DNA of 64,000 nucleotides, taken from contig OZ251997.1 in the NCBI GenBank assembly GCA_965247095.1, positions 3,104,001 to 3,168,000 on the forward strand. The letters are read 5' to 3'. Of the stretch, positions 1 to 10,086 are shown piece after piece; position 1 is the stretch's first letter; each line of letters opens with the position of its first letter. A program made the translations under genes and the position numbers. Source of the stretch: Candidatus Multivorans sp. (GTDB lineage Bacteria; Acidobacteriota; Thermoanaerobaculia; Multivoradales; Multivoraceae). The notes under the pieces are model-generated. The model made no database searches, was not told the origin of the DNA, and worked only from the letters and a program-made list of their open reading frames with translations.

Positions 1-673
1 CCAGCGTGTTCGCGGTGGCGCAGCCGAGATCGTCGTGGCAGTGCGCCGACCAGATGACGCGGTCGGCGCCGTCGGTGTGCTTCATCAGGTACCGGAACAG
101 GTCGGCGTACTCGACAGGCATGTCGTAGCCGACCGTGTCGGGGATGTTCAGGGTGGTGGCGCCCTCGGCGATGGCCAGCGAGAGAACCTCGACCACGAAG
201 TCCGGGTCGGAGCGGCTGCCGTCCTCGGGGCTGAACTCGATGTCGTCGCATAGCGACCGGGCGTGCGCGACCATGTGGCCGACCTGGCTCAGTACCTGCT
301 CGCGGGTCATGCCCAGCTTGCGATCCATGTGCAGGTCCGAGGTCGCGATGAAGGCGTGGATCCGCGGCTTTGCGGCATCGCGGACCCCCTGCCAGGCCTT
401 GTCGATGTCCTCGCGCCAGCAGCGGGCGAGCCCCGTGATGACCGGTCCGTCGCGGCCTCCGACCTCCCGCGCGATCCGCCGTACGCCCTCCAGGTCGTCC
501 GGGCTCGCGGCCGGGAAGCCGGCCTCCATGACGTCGATGCCGAGCACGGCGAGCTGGCGCGCCACCTCGAGTTTCTCGGCGCTCGTCATCGTTGCGCCCG
601 GCGACTGCTCGCCGTCGCGCAGCGTGGTGTCGAAGATCCGGACGTAGTCGCGGTTCGGCCCTGGTCCCGCCAT
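1..673 (-). CDS. leuA: 2-isopropylmalate synthase, N-terminal part (runs off window edge)
   Basis: Manual translation from ATG at 673 gives [30 protein letters not shown]...EAGFPAAS...[12 protein letters not shown]...NIPDTVGY...[16 protein letters not shown] (DRE-TIM motifs). Lies directly downstream of ilvC. Confidence 0.93.
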   Translation of the reverse strand, partial: MAGPGPNRDYVRIFDTTLRDGEQSPGATMTSAEKLEVARQLAVLGIDVMEAGFPAASPDDLEGVRRIAREVGGRDGPVITGLARCWREDIDKAWQGVRDAAKPRIHAFIATSDLHMDRKLGMTREQVLSQVGHMVAHARSLCDDIEFSPEDGSRSDPDFVVEVLSLAIAEGATTLNIPDTVGYDMPVEYADLFRYLMKHTDGADRVIWSAHCHDDLGCATANTL

Positions 674-675
674 CG

Positions 676-1677
676 CTACACCTCCTTGGCGTCGAGGAAC
701 GGCATCATCCGGCGCAGTTCCCGGCCGACCTCCTCGATCGGATGCGTCCTCTCCTTCGCTCGACGGGGATCGAAGCGGGGGCGGCCGTTCCGGTTCTCAG
801 CGATCCAGTCGCGGGCGTAGGTCCCGTCCTGGATGTCGCTCAGCACCTTGTCCATCACGGCGCGCACGTCCTTCGTGATCATCTGGTCGCCGGCGTGGTA
901 GCCGCCGTGCTCGGCGGTGTCGGAGACGCTGTACCACATGTAGCCGAGTCCGCCCTCGTACATCAGGTCGACGATCAGCTTCAGCTCGTGCAGGCACTCG
1001 AAGTAGGCGACTTCGGGCTGGTAACCGGCCGCCACCAGCTTCTCGAAGCCGGCGCGCACCAAGGCCGAGGCGCCGCCGCAGAGCACGATCTGCTCGCCGA
1101 AGAGGTCGGTCTCGGTCTCTTCTGCGAAGGTGGTTTCGATGACGCCGGCGCGCGTGCAGCCGATCCCCTTGGCGTAGGCCAGGGCGTCCGCCAGAGCGCT
1201 CCCCGTGGCGTCGTTCGCCACGGCAACGAGACCCGGCGTACCGGCGCCCTCGGTGAACACCTCCCGCACCCGGTGCCCGGGCGCCTTCGGCGCCACCAGG
1301 GACACGTCGACGTTCTGGGGCGCCTCGATCTGGCCGTAGCGGACGTTGAAGCCGTGCGCGAACATCAGGGTGTCGCCGGGCTCGAGGTTCGGTGCGATGT
1401 CCTGTTCGTACAGCTCCGCCTGGGCGGTGTCGGGGGCCAGGATCATGATCATCCGACTCCTGGCCGCGGCCTCGGCGTTGCCCAGCACCTCGAGGCCGTC
1501 GGCCTCGGCCTTGGCCTGGCTGCTGCTTCCCTCCCGCAGGCCGACGACGACGTCGACCCCGCTGTCGCGCAGGTTCAGGGCATGGGCGTGGCCCTGGCTG
1601 CCGTAGCCGATGACGGCGACGGTCCGGCCCTCGAGCCGGGAGAGATCCGCGTCGTCGTCGTAGTAGAGCTTTGCCAT
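676..1677 (-). CDS. ilvC: Ketol-acid reductoisomerase
   Basis: [53 protein letters not shown] motifs. Confidence 0.97.
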   Translation of the reverse strand: MAKLYYDDDADLSRLEGRTVAVIGYGSQGHAHALNLRDSGVDVVVGLREGSSSQAKAEADGLEVLGNAEAAARSRMIMILAPDTAQAELYEQDIAPNLEPGDTLMFAHGFNVRYGQIEAPQNVDVSLVAPKAPGHRVREVFTEGAGTPGLVAVANDATGSALADALAYAKGIGCTRAGVIETTFAEETETDLFGEQIVLCGGASALVRAGFEKLVAAGYQPEVAYFECLHELKLIVDLMYEGGLGYMWYSVSDTAEHGGYHAGDQMITKDVRAVMDKVLSDIQDGTYARDWIAENRNGRPRFDPRRAKERTHPIEEVGRELRRMMPFLDAKEV

Positions 1678-1773
1678 CTGAGTTGTTCCTCGTCTGTGTG
1701 ACCTGAGCCGAAGCGGCCGTCGGTAGTGTGGTTCCTGGCGGGGTTCTCGAATCTCGTTCTACGGCGCAAGCCG

Positions 1774-2319
1774 CTACAGCACGCTCCGTCTGGCCCTGGA
1801 CCCGCCTCGGTTCGGCTTGAAGCCCGCGTCCTTCAGGGTGTGGCCGCCGCGGCCCATGGCGATGACGCCGGTGCGAACCATCTCGACAATGCCGAACGAA
1901 CGGACGAGCTCGGTGAAGTGCTCGATCTTCTCCTCTTCGCCCGTGATCTCGACGACCAGGGACTCCGCGGCGACATCGATGATCCGGGCGCGGAAGATGT
2001 CGCAGAGCTGGATCACCTCCCGCCGGTTCGAGGAGTCGGCCCTGACTTTGACCAGGGCCATGTCACGGGCGACGGCGGGCTGGCCGTGGAGGTGGTCGAC
2101 GTGGACGACGTCGACCAGCTTGTAGAGGTTCTTCACCAGGCGGTCCGCCTCCGCGGCGTCCGACTCCATGACGATCGTCATCCGCGACACGTGGTCACGC
2201 TGGGTGCGTCCCACGGAGAGGCTGTCGATGTTGAAGCTGCGCCGCCGGAAGAGATTCGCCACACGGGCCAGGACGCCGGGGCGGTTCTCGACCAGAGCGG
2301 CCAGGATGTGCTTTGCCAT
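1774..2319 (-). CDS. ilvN: Acetolactate synthase small (regulatory) subunit
   Basis: ACT domain LVENRPGVLARVANLFRRRSFNIDSLSVG; C-terminal GIVEMVRTG. Confidence 0.96.
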   Translation of the reverse strand: MAKHILAALVENRPGVLARVANLFRRRSFNIDSLSVGRTQRDHVSRMTIVMESDAAEADRLVKNLYKLVDVVHVDHLHGQPAVARDMALVKVRADSSNRREVIQLCDIFRARIIDVAAESLVVEITGEEEKIEHFTELVRSFGIVEMVRTGVIAMGRGGHTLKDAGFKPNRGGSRARRSVL

Positions 2320-2331
2320 ATCGCAGTGCCC

Positions 2332-4242
2332 TCAGGACCCGAGCGCCTCAGACTCCGAACCGTGTCCGATGGCCACCGCGGCTGCCGGCGCCTCGGGCTC
2401 GGGCGCCTCGGGCTCGGGCGTCTCGACGGCCGCCGCTTGTTCGCGGCGCCTGCTCTCGAACTCCTCCGGCGTCGGCCGGCGGATCATGTCGTCGAGGTCG
2501 GCGCCCGACGGCACCATGGGATAGACGATCTCTTCCTTCTCGACGACGAACTCGATCAGGGTCGGACCGCCGGTCTGTGCCCGCGACGCAGCGACCGCTT
2601 CCTCGATCTTGCCGCGTTCAGTGACCCGGATCGCGGGGATGTCGTAGGCGGCCGCCAGCTTGCAGAAGTCGGGGTTGACCATGGGTGTCTGGTTGTACCG
2701 CTCGTCGTAGAAGAACTCCTGCCACTGGCGGACCATGCCGAGAAAGCCGTTGTTGATGATGGCGATGTGAACGTTCGCCTGCTCCTGGACGGCGGTGGCG
2801 AGTTCCATCATCGTCATCTGGAAACCGCCGTCGCCGATGATCGCCCAGACCTCCTGGTCGGGGCGGGCCATCTTGGCGCCGATCGCCGCCGGCAGCCCAA
2901 AGCCCATCGTGCCCAGGCCGCCGCTGGTGATCAGGCTGTGCGGCCGCTCGTGCTGGTAGTACTGCGCCTCCAGCATCTGGTGCTGGCCGACGTCGGTGAC
3001 GGTCACGGCGTTGCCATCAGTGAACTCGAACAGGTCCCGGATGACCTGGGCGCCGAGCAGCTTGCCCTCGGGGACCGCGGGGTGCTGGGGTTCGCTCGCC
3101 GGCCTCACGATCTCCCGCTGTTCGGCGCCCGCCCGCCACTCGGCGATCCGGTCGAGCCAGGCCTTGTCCCAGGGGCGCTCGGCCCCTTCCAGCAGTTGCC
3201 GCAACACCTCGCCGAGGTCGCCGACGATCCCCACGTCGACCCTGACGTTCTTGTTGATCTCCGATGGATCGATGTCGACGTGAATCTTGCGCGACTTCTG
3301 GGCGTAGGTCGCCAGGTTGCCGGTCACCCGGTCGTCGAACCGCATGCCGAGGGCGATCAGCAGGTCGGCGTGCTGGATGGCGTGATTGACCTCCGCGCCG
3401 CCGTGCATACCCATCATTCCCAGGCACAGCGGATGGTGTTCCGAGATGGCGCCCTTGCCGAGCAGGGTCAGGGCGACCGGGATCTGCGTGCGCTCGCAGA
3501 GTTCGTTGAGCTCCCGGTTGGCGCCCGCCATGGAGATCCCGTGTCCGGCCAGGATCAGCGGCCGCTTCGACTCGCGGATCAGCTCGAGGGCTCTGTCAAT
3601 CTGGTCGGCGCGGCCCTTGAGCGGCTGCGGGTAGCCGGGCAGGGTGATGGGTTCCTCGGAATAGACGAACTCGGTCGTCTGAACCTGCACGTCCTTCGGT
3701 ATGTCGACCAGGACCGGGCCGGGACGGCCGGTGCGGGCGATGTGGAACGCCTCGCGCATCACGTCGGCCAGCTCCTCGACGCTGGTGACCAGGTAGTTGT
3801 GCTTGGTGATCGGGATCGTGATGCCGGTGATGTCCGTCTCCTGGAACGCGTCCGTTCCGATGGCGCCGGTCGGCACCTGGCCGGTGATGCAGACGATCGG
3901 GGAAGAGTCCATCATCGCGGTGGCAATGCCGGTGACCAGGTTCGTGGCGCCGGGGCCGCTGGTCGCCATCGCGACGCCGACCTTGCCGGTGGCGCGGGCG
4001 TAGCCGTCCGCCATGTGGGACGCGCCCTGCTCGTGACGGGTCAGGACGTGGTGGAGCTGCGGGTACCTGGTCAGGGCGTCGTAGGTGGGCAGGATGGCCC
4101 CGCCCGGATAGCCGAAGACGATGTCGATCCCCTCGCGGAGCAGGCACTCGCAGACGATCTCGGCGCCGGTCAGGACGACTGCGTCCGTGCCCGTGCCTGT
4201 CTCTGTGTGTTCGCTGTCCGTTGCGGTCGTTTCTTCGGCCAT
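2332..4242 (-). CDS. ilvB: Acetolactate synthase large subunit, biosynthetic
   Basis: FGYPGGAILP, RHEQGASHMADGYARATG, TSGPGATN, TDVGQHQM, GDGGFQM...NNGFLGMVRQWQ (ThDP motif). Confidence 0.97.
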   Translation of the reverse strand: MAEETTATDSEHTETGTGTDAVVLTGAEIVCECLLREGIDIVFGYPGGAILPTYDALTRYPQLHHVLTRHEQGASHMADGYARATGKVGVAMATSGPGATNLVTGIATAMMDSSPIVCITGQVPTGAIGTDAFQETDITGITIPITKHNYLVTSVEELADVMREAFHIARTGRPGPVLVDIPKDVQVQTTEFVYSEEPITLPGYPQPLKGRADQIDRALELIRESKRPLILAGHGISMAGANRELNELCERTQIPVALTLLGKGAISEHHPLCLGMMGMHGGAEVNHAIQHADLLIALGMRFDDRVTGNLATYAQKSRKIHVDIDPSEINKNVRVDVGIVGDLGEVLRQLLEGAERPWDKAWLDRIAEWRAGAEQREIVRPASEPQHPAVPEGKLLGAQVIRDLFEFTDGNAVTVTDVGQHQMLEAQYYQHERPHSLITSGGLGTMGFGLPAAIGAKMARPDQEVWAIIGDGGFQMTMMELATAVQEQANVHIAIINNGFLGMVRQWQEFFYDERYNQTPMVNPDFCKLAAAYDIPAIRVTERGKIEEAVAASRAQTGGPTLIEFVVEKEEIVYPMVPSGADLDDMIRRPTPEEFESRRREQAAAVETPEPEAPEPEAPAAAVAIGHGSESEALGS

Positions 4243-4255
4243 CTTGACCTCCTCC

Positions 4256-5212
4256 TCAGCCCGCCGCCGGCTGTGCCGCCGCTGCCAATCGGGATACCGG
4301 AGTGAGCCAGTTGTGGCGGTCGGGGAGCCGGCCTTCCACCAGACCGAAGAACTCCTCCTGCAGGCGGTGCGTGATCGGGCCGCGGCAGCCGTTGCCGACC
4401 GGAATCTGGTCCACGGAGCGGACCGGGCTGACTTCGGCCGCGGTGCCGGTCATGAACAGTTCGTCGGCCAGGTACAACTCCTCGCGGCTGATCGGCTCGA
4501 AGCGCACGTCGAACTTCAGATCCTGGGCTATCGTGATCACCGAATCGCGGGTGATGCCGTTCAGAATCGAGTTGTGGCTCGGCGGCGTGTAGATCACGCC
4601 GTCCTTGATCAGGAACAGGTTCTCGCCGGGGCCCTCGCAGACCAGGCCGCGGTCGTCGAGCATGATGCCCTCGGCGTAGCCGTTCTGGCGCGCCTCGACG
4701 GAGACGAACTGGTTCGTGACGTACTGCCCGCCGATCTTCCCCAGGGGAGCGCCGGTGTTCGAGTTGAAGCGCCGCCAGGAGGAGACCGCGGCGTCGACGC
4801 CCTGTTCGATCGCCTCCTCGCCGAGGTAGCGCCCCCAGCGGACGGCGAAGATCGCGAGCTTCACTCCGCAGTCCGTGGGGTTGAGTCCCATGCTCTCGGC
4901 GCCGCGGTAGATCAGCGGCCGGATGTAGCAGGACTCCAGGCGGTTGCGCGCCACCGCCTCGAGGCACAACTCCTCGACCTGGTCCTGGACGTAGCCCGGA
5001 TCCATGCGCATGATCCGGCAACTGTCGAACAAACGCCGGATGTGGGCGCCGAGCCGGAAGACGGCCGTCACCTCGCCGGTGTCGTAGGCGCGGATGCCCT
5101 CGAAGACCGACGAGCCGTAGTGGAGGCCGTGGGTCGTGATGTGGACGTTCGCCTCGGCCCAGGGCGTCCACTGGCCCTCGAGCCAGATCCACTCGGATCG
5201 TTCAATCGTCAT
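4256..5212 (-). CDS. ilvE: Branched-chain amino acid aminotransferase
   Basis: LHYGSSVFEGIRAY, EGPGENLF, ILNGITR, ELFMTGTAAEV (class IV aminotransferase). Confidence 0.95.
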   Translation of the reverse strand: MTIERSEWIWLEGQWTPWAEANVHITTHGLHYGSSVFEGIRAYDTGEVTAVFRLGAHIRRLFDSCRIMRMDPGYVQDQVEELCLEAVARNRLESCYIRPLIYRGAESMGLNPTDCGVKLAIFAVRWGRYLGEEAIEQGVDAAVSSWRRFNSNTGAPLGKIGGQYVTNQFVSVEARQNGYAEGIMLDDRGLVCEGPGENLFLIKDGVIYTPPSHNSILNGITRDSVITIAQDLKFDVRFEPISREELYLADELFMTGTAAEVSPVRSVDQIPVGNGCRGPITHRLQEEFFGLVEGRLPDRHNWLTPVSRLAAAAQPAAG

Positions 5213-5286
5213 GCGGGTTGATCAGTCGTCGTATGGGTTGTTCAGTGGTCATGTGGTGTTTCATGGTGGATTCCGGGGGCCGAACT

Positions 5287-5315
5287 AAAAAAGCCCCCAG
5301 GCGGTGCTGGGGGCT
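5287..5315 (-). terminator. Intrinsic terminator of the ilv-leu attenuator
   Basis: Minus strand AGCCCCCAG-CACCGC-CTGGGGGCT followed by a T-run, located between the leader peptide and ilvE. Confidence 0.88.
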
Positions 5316-5345
5316 CTAGGTCGGTCAAGGTACCGGTTGGTGCGC

Positions 5346-5519
5346 CTAGTTAGCCCCCTGGACGGCAAGGACCAGAATCAGAACCAGTAGCAGCAGGCCG
5401 GCGGGAACGCCGAAGTCGGCGATCGATCGCGGCACCGCGCGGACGGCGACGACGGGCCGGGCGCTGTGGAGAGGCGCCCGCGCACTTCTCCGAAGCCATC
5501 CTGGCGCCAAGCGGGTCAT
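5346..5519 (-). CDS. ilv/leu operon leader peptide (57 aa; not in ORF track)
   Basis: MTRLAPGWLRRSARAPLHSARPVVAVRAVPRSIADFGVPAGLLLLVLILVLAVQGAN*, with a run of Leu/Val/Ile codons just upstream of the terminator. Start codon uncertain. Confidence 0.8.
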   Translation of the reverse strand: MTRLAPGWLRRSARAPLHSARPVVAVRAVPRSIADFGVPAGLLLLVLILVLAVQGAN

Positions 5520-5604
5520 GGCCGGTTCGAGTGTCCCATTTGGGTAGAGGGTTACTGCGGGTATGGGTTTCCGAGTGATCTACCGGATGGTAGGTCGTGC
5601 GGGG

Positions 5605-5634
5605 AGCGTAGGGGAGGACAGGAGCGGCTGTCAA
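5605..5634 (-). promoter_or_regulatory. Putative sigma70 promoter for the ilv leader/operon
   Basis: Minus strand TTGACA-N18-TACGCT upstream of the leader ORF. Confidence 0.55.
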
Positions 5635-5667
5635 GTGGACCGCGCGCCTGGCGCCGTCGAGGTGGCG

Positions 5668-7047
5668 CTATCCGACGGTGTCGCGGAAGATGCCGATGAT
5701 CTCGTCCGCTTCGTTCTCGGTGAGCGTCAGGATGGGACGGAACTCCACTCCACCATCCGTGTACCAGGCGGGCACGGTGAAGATGCCGGCCTCGAACAGC
5801 CTCGTGGTCATCTCCATCTTGCCCATCTCTTCGGAGAGGATGCCCATGCACAGTCCGTGCTGGTTCACCTTGTAGGGACCGCCGCGCAGGCCCTCGGCGA
5901 ACTGCTCGGCCAAGACGTTCACGTGCTCCAGGAAGCCGGGCGCCATGGTCAGGTCGCAGACCTTGGCGGTCGCCACGCAGCCGAGTTCGTTGCCGCCGAA
6001 GGTCGAGGAATGCGGTATCGCCGTGTCGAAGAACCACTCCTTGACCTCGGGGGCGAACAGTACGGCCGCGTTGGCGAGGATGCCGCCACCGAGACCCTTC
6101 GCGGTGGTCACGATGTCCGGGACGATGCCGTGGTGTTGCCAGAGCCAGAACTTTCCGGTCGCGCCCAGCCCCGTCTGGACCTCGTCGATGATCAACTTCG
6201 CACCGTGCTTCCGGCAGATGTCCATGACGGCCTGGAAGTAGCCGGGGTCGGGCACCGGGAAACCCGCCTGTGCCGGTGAGGACTCGATCATCACCGCCGA
6301 AGTCTCGTCATCGACGGCAGCGGCCATGGCGTCGACATCGTTGTACGGCACGAAGACAAAGTCGTCGAAGTCGAGCAGATAGCGCTCGTGGTTGTCGGCG
6401 CTGTCGCCGGCGGCCATCGCGAAGCAGGTGTGGCCATGGTAGGAAGCCTCGATCGAAACGAGCTTCGTACGCCGGGTCATGCCTCGAGTGGCGCGTATCG
6501 CGACCTCCGTTGACTCGGCGCCGCTGGCGGTGTAGGTGACCCCGGTAAGTGCGCCATCGGTGCTGGCAATCAGCTTCTCGGCCGCCTTCGCCTTGTAACC
6601 GGAAACCAGCAGCAGGTTCCCGATCTCGAGCTGGTGCAGCGCCTCCTTGACGGCCGCGATGATGTCCGGGTTGCGGTGGCCGAGGTTGTAGAGCGTGCCG
6701 TTGCGGTGGCAGTCCCAGTACCACTTCTTGGTGAAGGCGTCCTGGACGCGCGCGCCCTCGCGCTGGCCGAAGTGAAGCTCGGTGCCGAACGCTCTCATGA
6801 CGCCGACGTTTCCGGGGGACACGTGCTCCGCGAACGCAGTCTCCGTGGCCTCTGCCGAAGGGTAGGGTGGGTAACCCTCGGGGAAGTGTCGCGCTTCCAT
6901 GTCTGCTGGTCTCTGATCGTCAGATGCTCCCAGCGCACCTTCCGTACCTGGTGTGCAGCTCGCCAGAGCCGCGGCGCCGCCGGCGACCGCCATGGTCTTG
7001 ATGCAGTCGCGGCGATTGCTTGTCCTGGGCCTGCCCGCTTCGCTCAT
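5668..7047 (-). CDS. Class III PLP aminotransferase (putrescine/acetylornithine-like) with Tat-lipoprotein signal
   Basis: LIIDEVQTGLGATG, PDIVTTAKGLGGG (PLP Lys), HSSTFGGN; N-terminus SNRRDCIK-hydrophobic-ALASC. Confidence 0.85.
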   Translation of the reverse strand: MSEAGRPRTSNRRDCIKTMAVAGGAAALASCTPGTEGALGASDDQRPADMEARHFPEGYPPYPSAEATETAFAEHVSPGNVGVMRAFGTELHFGQREGARVQDAFTKKWYWDCHRNGTLYNLGHRNPDIIAAVKEALHQLEIGNLLLVSGYKAKAAEKLIASTDGALTGVTYTASGAESTEVAIRATRGMTRRTKLVSIEASYHGHTCFAMAAGDSADNHERYLLDFDDFVFVPYNDVDAMAAAVDDETSAVMIESSPAQAGFPVPDPGYFQAVMDICRKHGAKLIIDEVQTGLGATGKFWLWQHHGIVPDIVTTAKGLGGGILANAAVLFAPEVKEWFFDTAIPHSSTFGGNELGCVATAKVCDLTMAPGFLEHVNVLAEQFAEGLRGGPYKVNQHGLCMGILSEEMGKMEMTTRLFEAGIFTVPAWYTDGGVEFRPILTLTENEADEIIGIFRDTVG

Positions 7048-7307
7048 TCCAGGGATCTCCCTCTTTCGGAATCGTCGGCCAGTCTCCCTGTCAAGGGGAG
7101 CCGGCTTCTCGATGGTTGTGGTTCGTCGGCGACGCGCAAAGATTTGTTAAGCAAATTACATTTTCGCTCTCGGTGCTCCGCGCTCAGAGAGTATATGGTC
7201 TGCAATGACCTAGACAACAATCTGGCATCGGATGTTGGATCGACGAGTCGATGGCAGTTCATAAAGGTATAGAAAAGAACGACTTACCCGTAGATCGGAG
7301 GATCGGT

Positions 7308-10085
7308 ATGTCCAAGGTTCGATTCCTGGTTGCAGTCTCATTTCTCTTGCTGGCGGTGACGCCGGCCCTGGCCCAGAACGTCGGAACGGTGCGCGGAGAG
7401 GTTCGCGACACGAATGGCGACCCGCTGCCGGGAGTCCTGGTGGAGGTGACAGGGGACATCGTGCGTGGTGAGCGCGCGACGACCAGCGGGGCCACCGGGG
7501 AGTACCTGGTGACGGCTCTGCCGCCGGGCACTGTCACCGTAACGGGAACGCTCGAAGGGTTCGCGGACGAAACGGTCGAGGACGTGCGCATCTCGATCTC
7601 GGCGACCAGTACGGTGAATCTGGTGCTCCACCTCGTCGCGGCCGAGGACACGATCACGGTGACCTCGGAGCGGCCTTTCGTTGACGTGACGAGCAACGTC
7701 ATCAGCACGAACCTGCCGGAAGAATTCATCGACCCCCTGCCCACGAACCGCAACTTCCAGGACTACGCGGGATTCGCCAAGGGCATGAGCAACATGGGCC
7801 GCGACCAAACCTACGCGGAGTACCGCTACTCGGCCTACGGCGGCGGCATGGCCGCGAACTCCTGGAACGTTGACGGTCTCAATGCCTCTCTCCACGAGAA
7901 CAGCAACGTGTGGTGGTGGATCAACCCCGACACGATCGCCGAGATTCAGGTGCTGGGAGTGGGCGCCCCGGCCGAGTACGGAGGCATGTCGGGCGCGGCC
8001 ATCAATGTGGTCACGAAGTCCGGGACCAACGACCTGAACGGTCGCCTGAACTACTTCGGTCAGTACGCGGGCACGACGGCCGAGGGTCCCAAGGCGGCCG
8101 GGCTGGGTGGCGAGGAGACCGGTTTCTATCGAGACAGCTTCCAGAACTACACCCTGGCGCTCGGCGGCCCTCTTGAGCGGGACAAGCTGTGGTACTACGT
8201 GTCGCTCGAGTACAAGGAGGACGCGTTGGGGGAGCCGGGTCAGGTACGCGAGTTGATCCGGCCGGACAAATGGGAGCGCTACAACCTCAAGCTCGACTGG
8301 TCGCTCACTGAGTCGAATACCCTGACGTTCAGCGGCCAGTACGAGGACTACGACTGGCAGCAGACCGCGGATCCCTTCACGGACGAGGACGCGACGTCCC
8401 ACGAGTTCGGAGAAAAGCCCGGATGGAAGCTGGGCTGGCAGTCCGTGATCACGGACAGGACCTTCTTCGAGGTCAGCGTCGGCGCGTTCGAGAACTACGA
8501 CCGCGTCGCCTCGGTGACCGGAAGCATCGCCGCGCCGGTCATCGACTACACGGCGCCGGTGCCGACCACGGTCGGCGGGGTGAAATACCCCTACGACTAC
8601 CCGCCGGAAATGACCAGGGCGAGCGCGAAGTTGACGCACTTCGCGGACGACCTCGGAGGCAGCCACGAGTTCAAGTTCGGCGTCCAGTTCACCGACGCTT
8701 CGATCCAGACCGCCGCGATCTATCCCGGCGCCAGCGGCAAGTACTACTACAAGTTCGGGGCGAACTACTACATCTACGCTCGCCGACCCCACTACTACGG
8801 CAGCGACGCGACCGCGCTGGGGATCTTTGCGGACGACTCGTGGAGCGTCGGCGACAGGCTGACCCTGAACGTGGGCGTTCGCTACGACCAGGACAACGGC
8901 GACATCCCTGCCTTTCCTGAGCTCTTGCAGCACTTCGGCGGCGAGAACCAGGGCGTCAAGACTGGGAACGTGCATCCCGCCTACAAGGACGTCGTGGACT
9001 GGGAGACCATCTCTCCGCGCGTCGGGCTGGCCTACCAGGTCGGCGAGGGCTCGAAGCAGGGCGTGCTGCGGGTGTCCTACGGCAAGTACTTCGAGAGCAA
9101 CAACACGGCGATGTGGAACGGGCCGCATCCCAACCGGCCGGAGGCGAAGTTCGGCTTCAGCGCCAACCGGTACGGCCCCTTCACCTACTTCCGAACGGTC
9201 ACGGACGAGAACCTCGATCCGCCGGACCCGAACATGAAGCCCCCCGAGTTCGACCAGTACGCCGTGGGCTACGAGCAGCAGCTCAGCGACACCCTCACAA
9301 TCGGTGCGGAGCTAGTGATCAAGGAAGGCACGAACCTCATCGGTTGGCACATCCTCGATGACGGCGTTTATGAGAATGTGCCCTTCGTCAACCCGGAAAC
9401 TGGCGAGACGATGACGCTCTTCAGCATCATCGAGGAGCCGACGCGGCGCAAGGGCAACAGCCCAGGCCCTGGAGCGAACGCGCCGTCCGATGCGAGGTAC
9501 TACCAGGACTACGAGGGGTTCTTTGTGACCCTCAGAAAACGCCAGGTCGGCCGTTGGGGACTGAACAGTTCTCTCGGCTACTCGAAGTCGACGGGACGAA
9601 ACACCCGTCCTCTGAACCAGATCCAGGGTCAGCCTTTCTTCAGCAACCAGGAGGGCGCCGATCCGAATCATCATCTGAACGGGGACGGGCTCTACCAGGC
9701 CGACCGGAAGCTGATGTTCCTGGCCCAGGGGCATGTCGACCTGCCCTGGAATCTGAGGGCGGTCGGAGTGCTCAGGGTCCAGGACGGCCGGCCGTATACG
9801 GTCCATAGGCGCGTGCGCTTGAACCAGGGGTTGACCGAGATCGCTCTGCACCCGCACGAAGACGGCGTCCGGCTGCCCGGCAACACCTTCCTGGACCTCG
9901 GCCTCGGGCGCTCGTTCTCGCTCGGGAACGGCCGCGCGCTGGGGGTCGACCTGCAGGTCCAGAACGTACTCAACGACGATGGCTGGGACCAGTGGCAGCG
10001 CGGCGCTTATCGGAGCGGCAATCTCGTACCCCTGAACTTCCTGCTGCCGCGGCGGTTGACGCTGCGCCTGACCTTGGACTTCTGA
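7308..10085 (+). CDS. TonB-dependent receptor (Oar-like, carboxypeptidase-regulatory N-domain)
   Basis: Signal peptide, GTVRGEVRDTNGDPLPGV, GAPAEYGGMSGAAINVVTKSGTN, LTLNVGVRYD, C-terminal Phe. ATG at 7308 has a GGAGGA SD; the ORF track starts at 7251. Confidence 0.9.
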   Translation: MSKVRFLVAVSFLLLAVTPALAQNVGTVRGEVRDTNGDPLPGVLVEVTGDIVRGERATTSGATGEYLVTALPPGTVTVTGTLEGFADETVEDVRISISATSTVNLVLHLVAAEDTITVTSERPFVDVTSNVISTNLPEEFIDPLPTNRNFQDYAGFAKGMSNMGRDQTYAEYRYSAYGGGMAANSWNVDGLNASLHENSNVWWWINPDTIAEIQVLGVGAPAEYGGMSGAAINVVTKSGTNDLNGRLNYFGQYAGTTAEGPKAAGLGGEETGFYRDSFQNYTLALGGPLERDKLWYYVSLEYKEDALGEPGQVRELIRPDKWERYNLKLDWSLTESNTLTFSGQYEDYDWQQTADPFTDEDATSHEFGEKPGWKLGWQSVITDRTFFEVSVGAFENYDRVASVTGSIAAPVIDYTAPVPTTVGGVKYPYDYPPEMTRASAKLTHFADDLGGSHEFKFGVQFTDASIQTAAIYPGASGKYYYKFGANYYIYARRPHYYGSDATALGIFADDSWSVGDRLTLNVGVRYDQDNGDIPAFPELLQHFGGENQGVKTGNVHPAYKDVVDWETISPRVGLAYQVGEGSKQGVLRVSYGKYFESNNTAMWNGPHPNRPEAKFGFSANRYGPFTYFRTVTDENLDPPDPNMKPPEFDQYAVGYEQQLSDTLTIGAELVIKEGTNLIGWHILDDGVYENVPFVNPETGETMTLFSIIEEPTRRKGNSPGPGANAPSDARYYQDYEGFFVTLRKRQVGRWGLNSSLGYSKSTGRNTRPLNQIQGQPFFSNQEGADPNHHLNGDGLYQADRKLMFLAQGHVDLPWNLRAVGVLRVQDGRPYTVHRRVRLNQGLTEIALHPHEDGVRLPGNTFLDLGLGRSFSLGNGRALGVDLQVQNVLNDDGWDQWQRGAYRSGNLVPLNFLLPRRLTLRLTLDF

Positions 10086-10086
10086 C

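Noticed and set aside
2386-2420. 15-bp tandem repeat in the ilvB tail (PEPEA)
   Set aside because: Ordinary low-complexity C-terminal slippage.
7223-7239. Sigma54 promoter TGGCATCGGATGTTGG upstream of the TonB receptor
   Set aside because: The -12 GC is absent at the required spacing.
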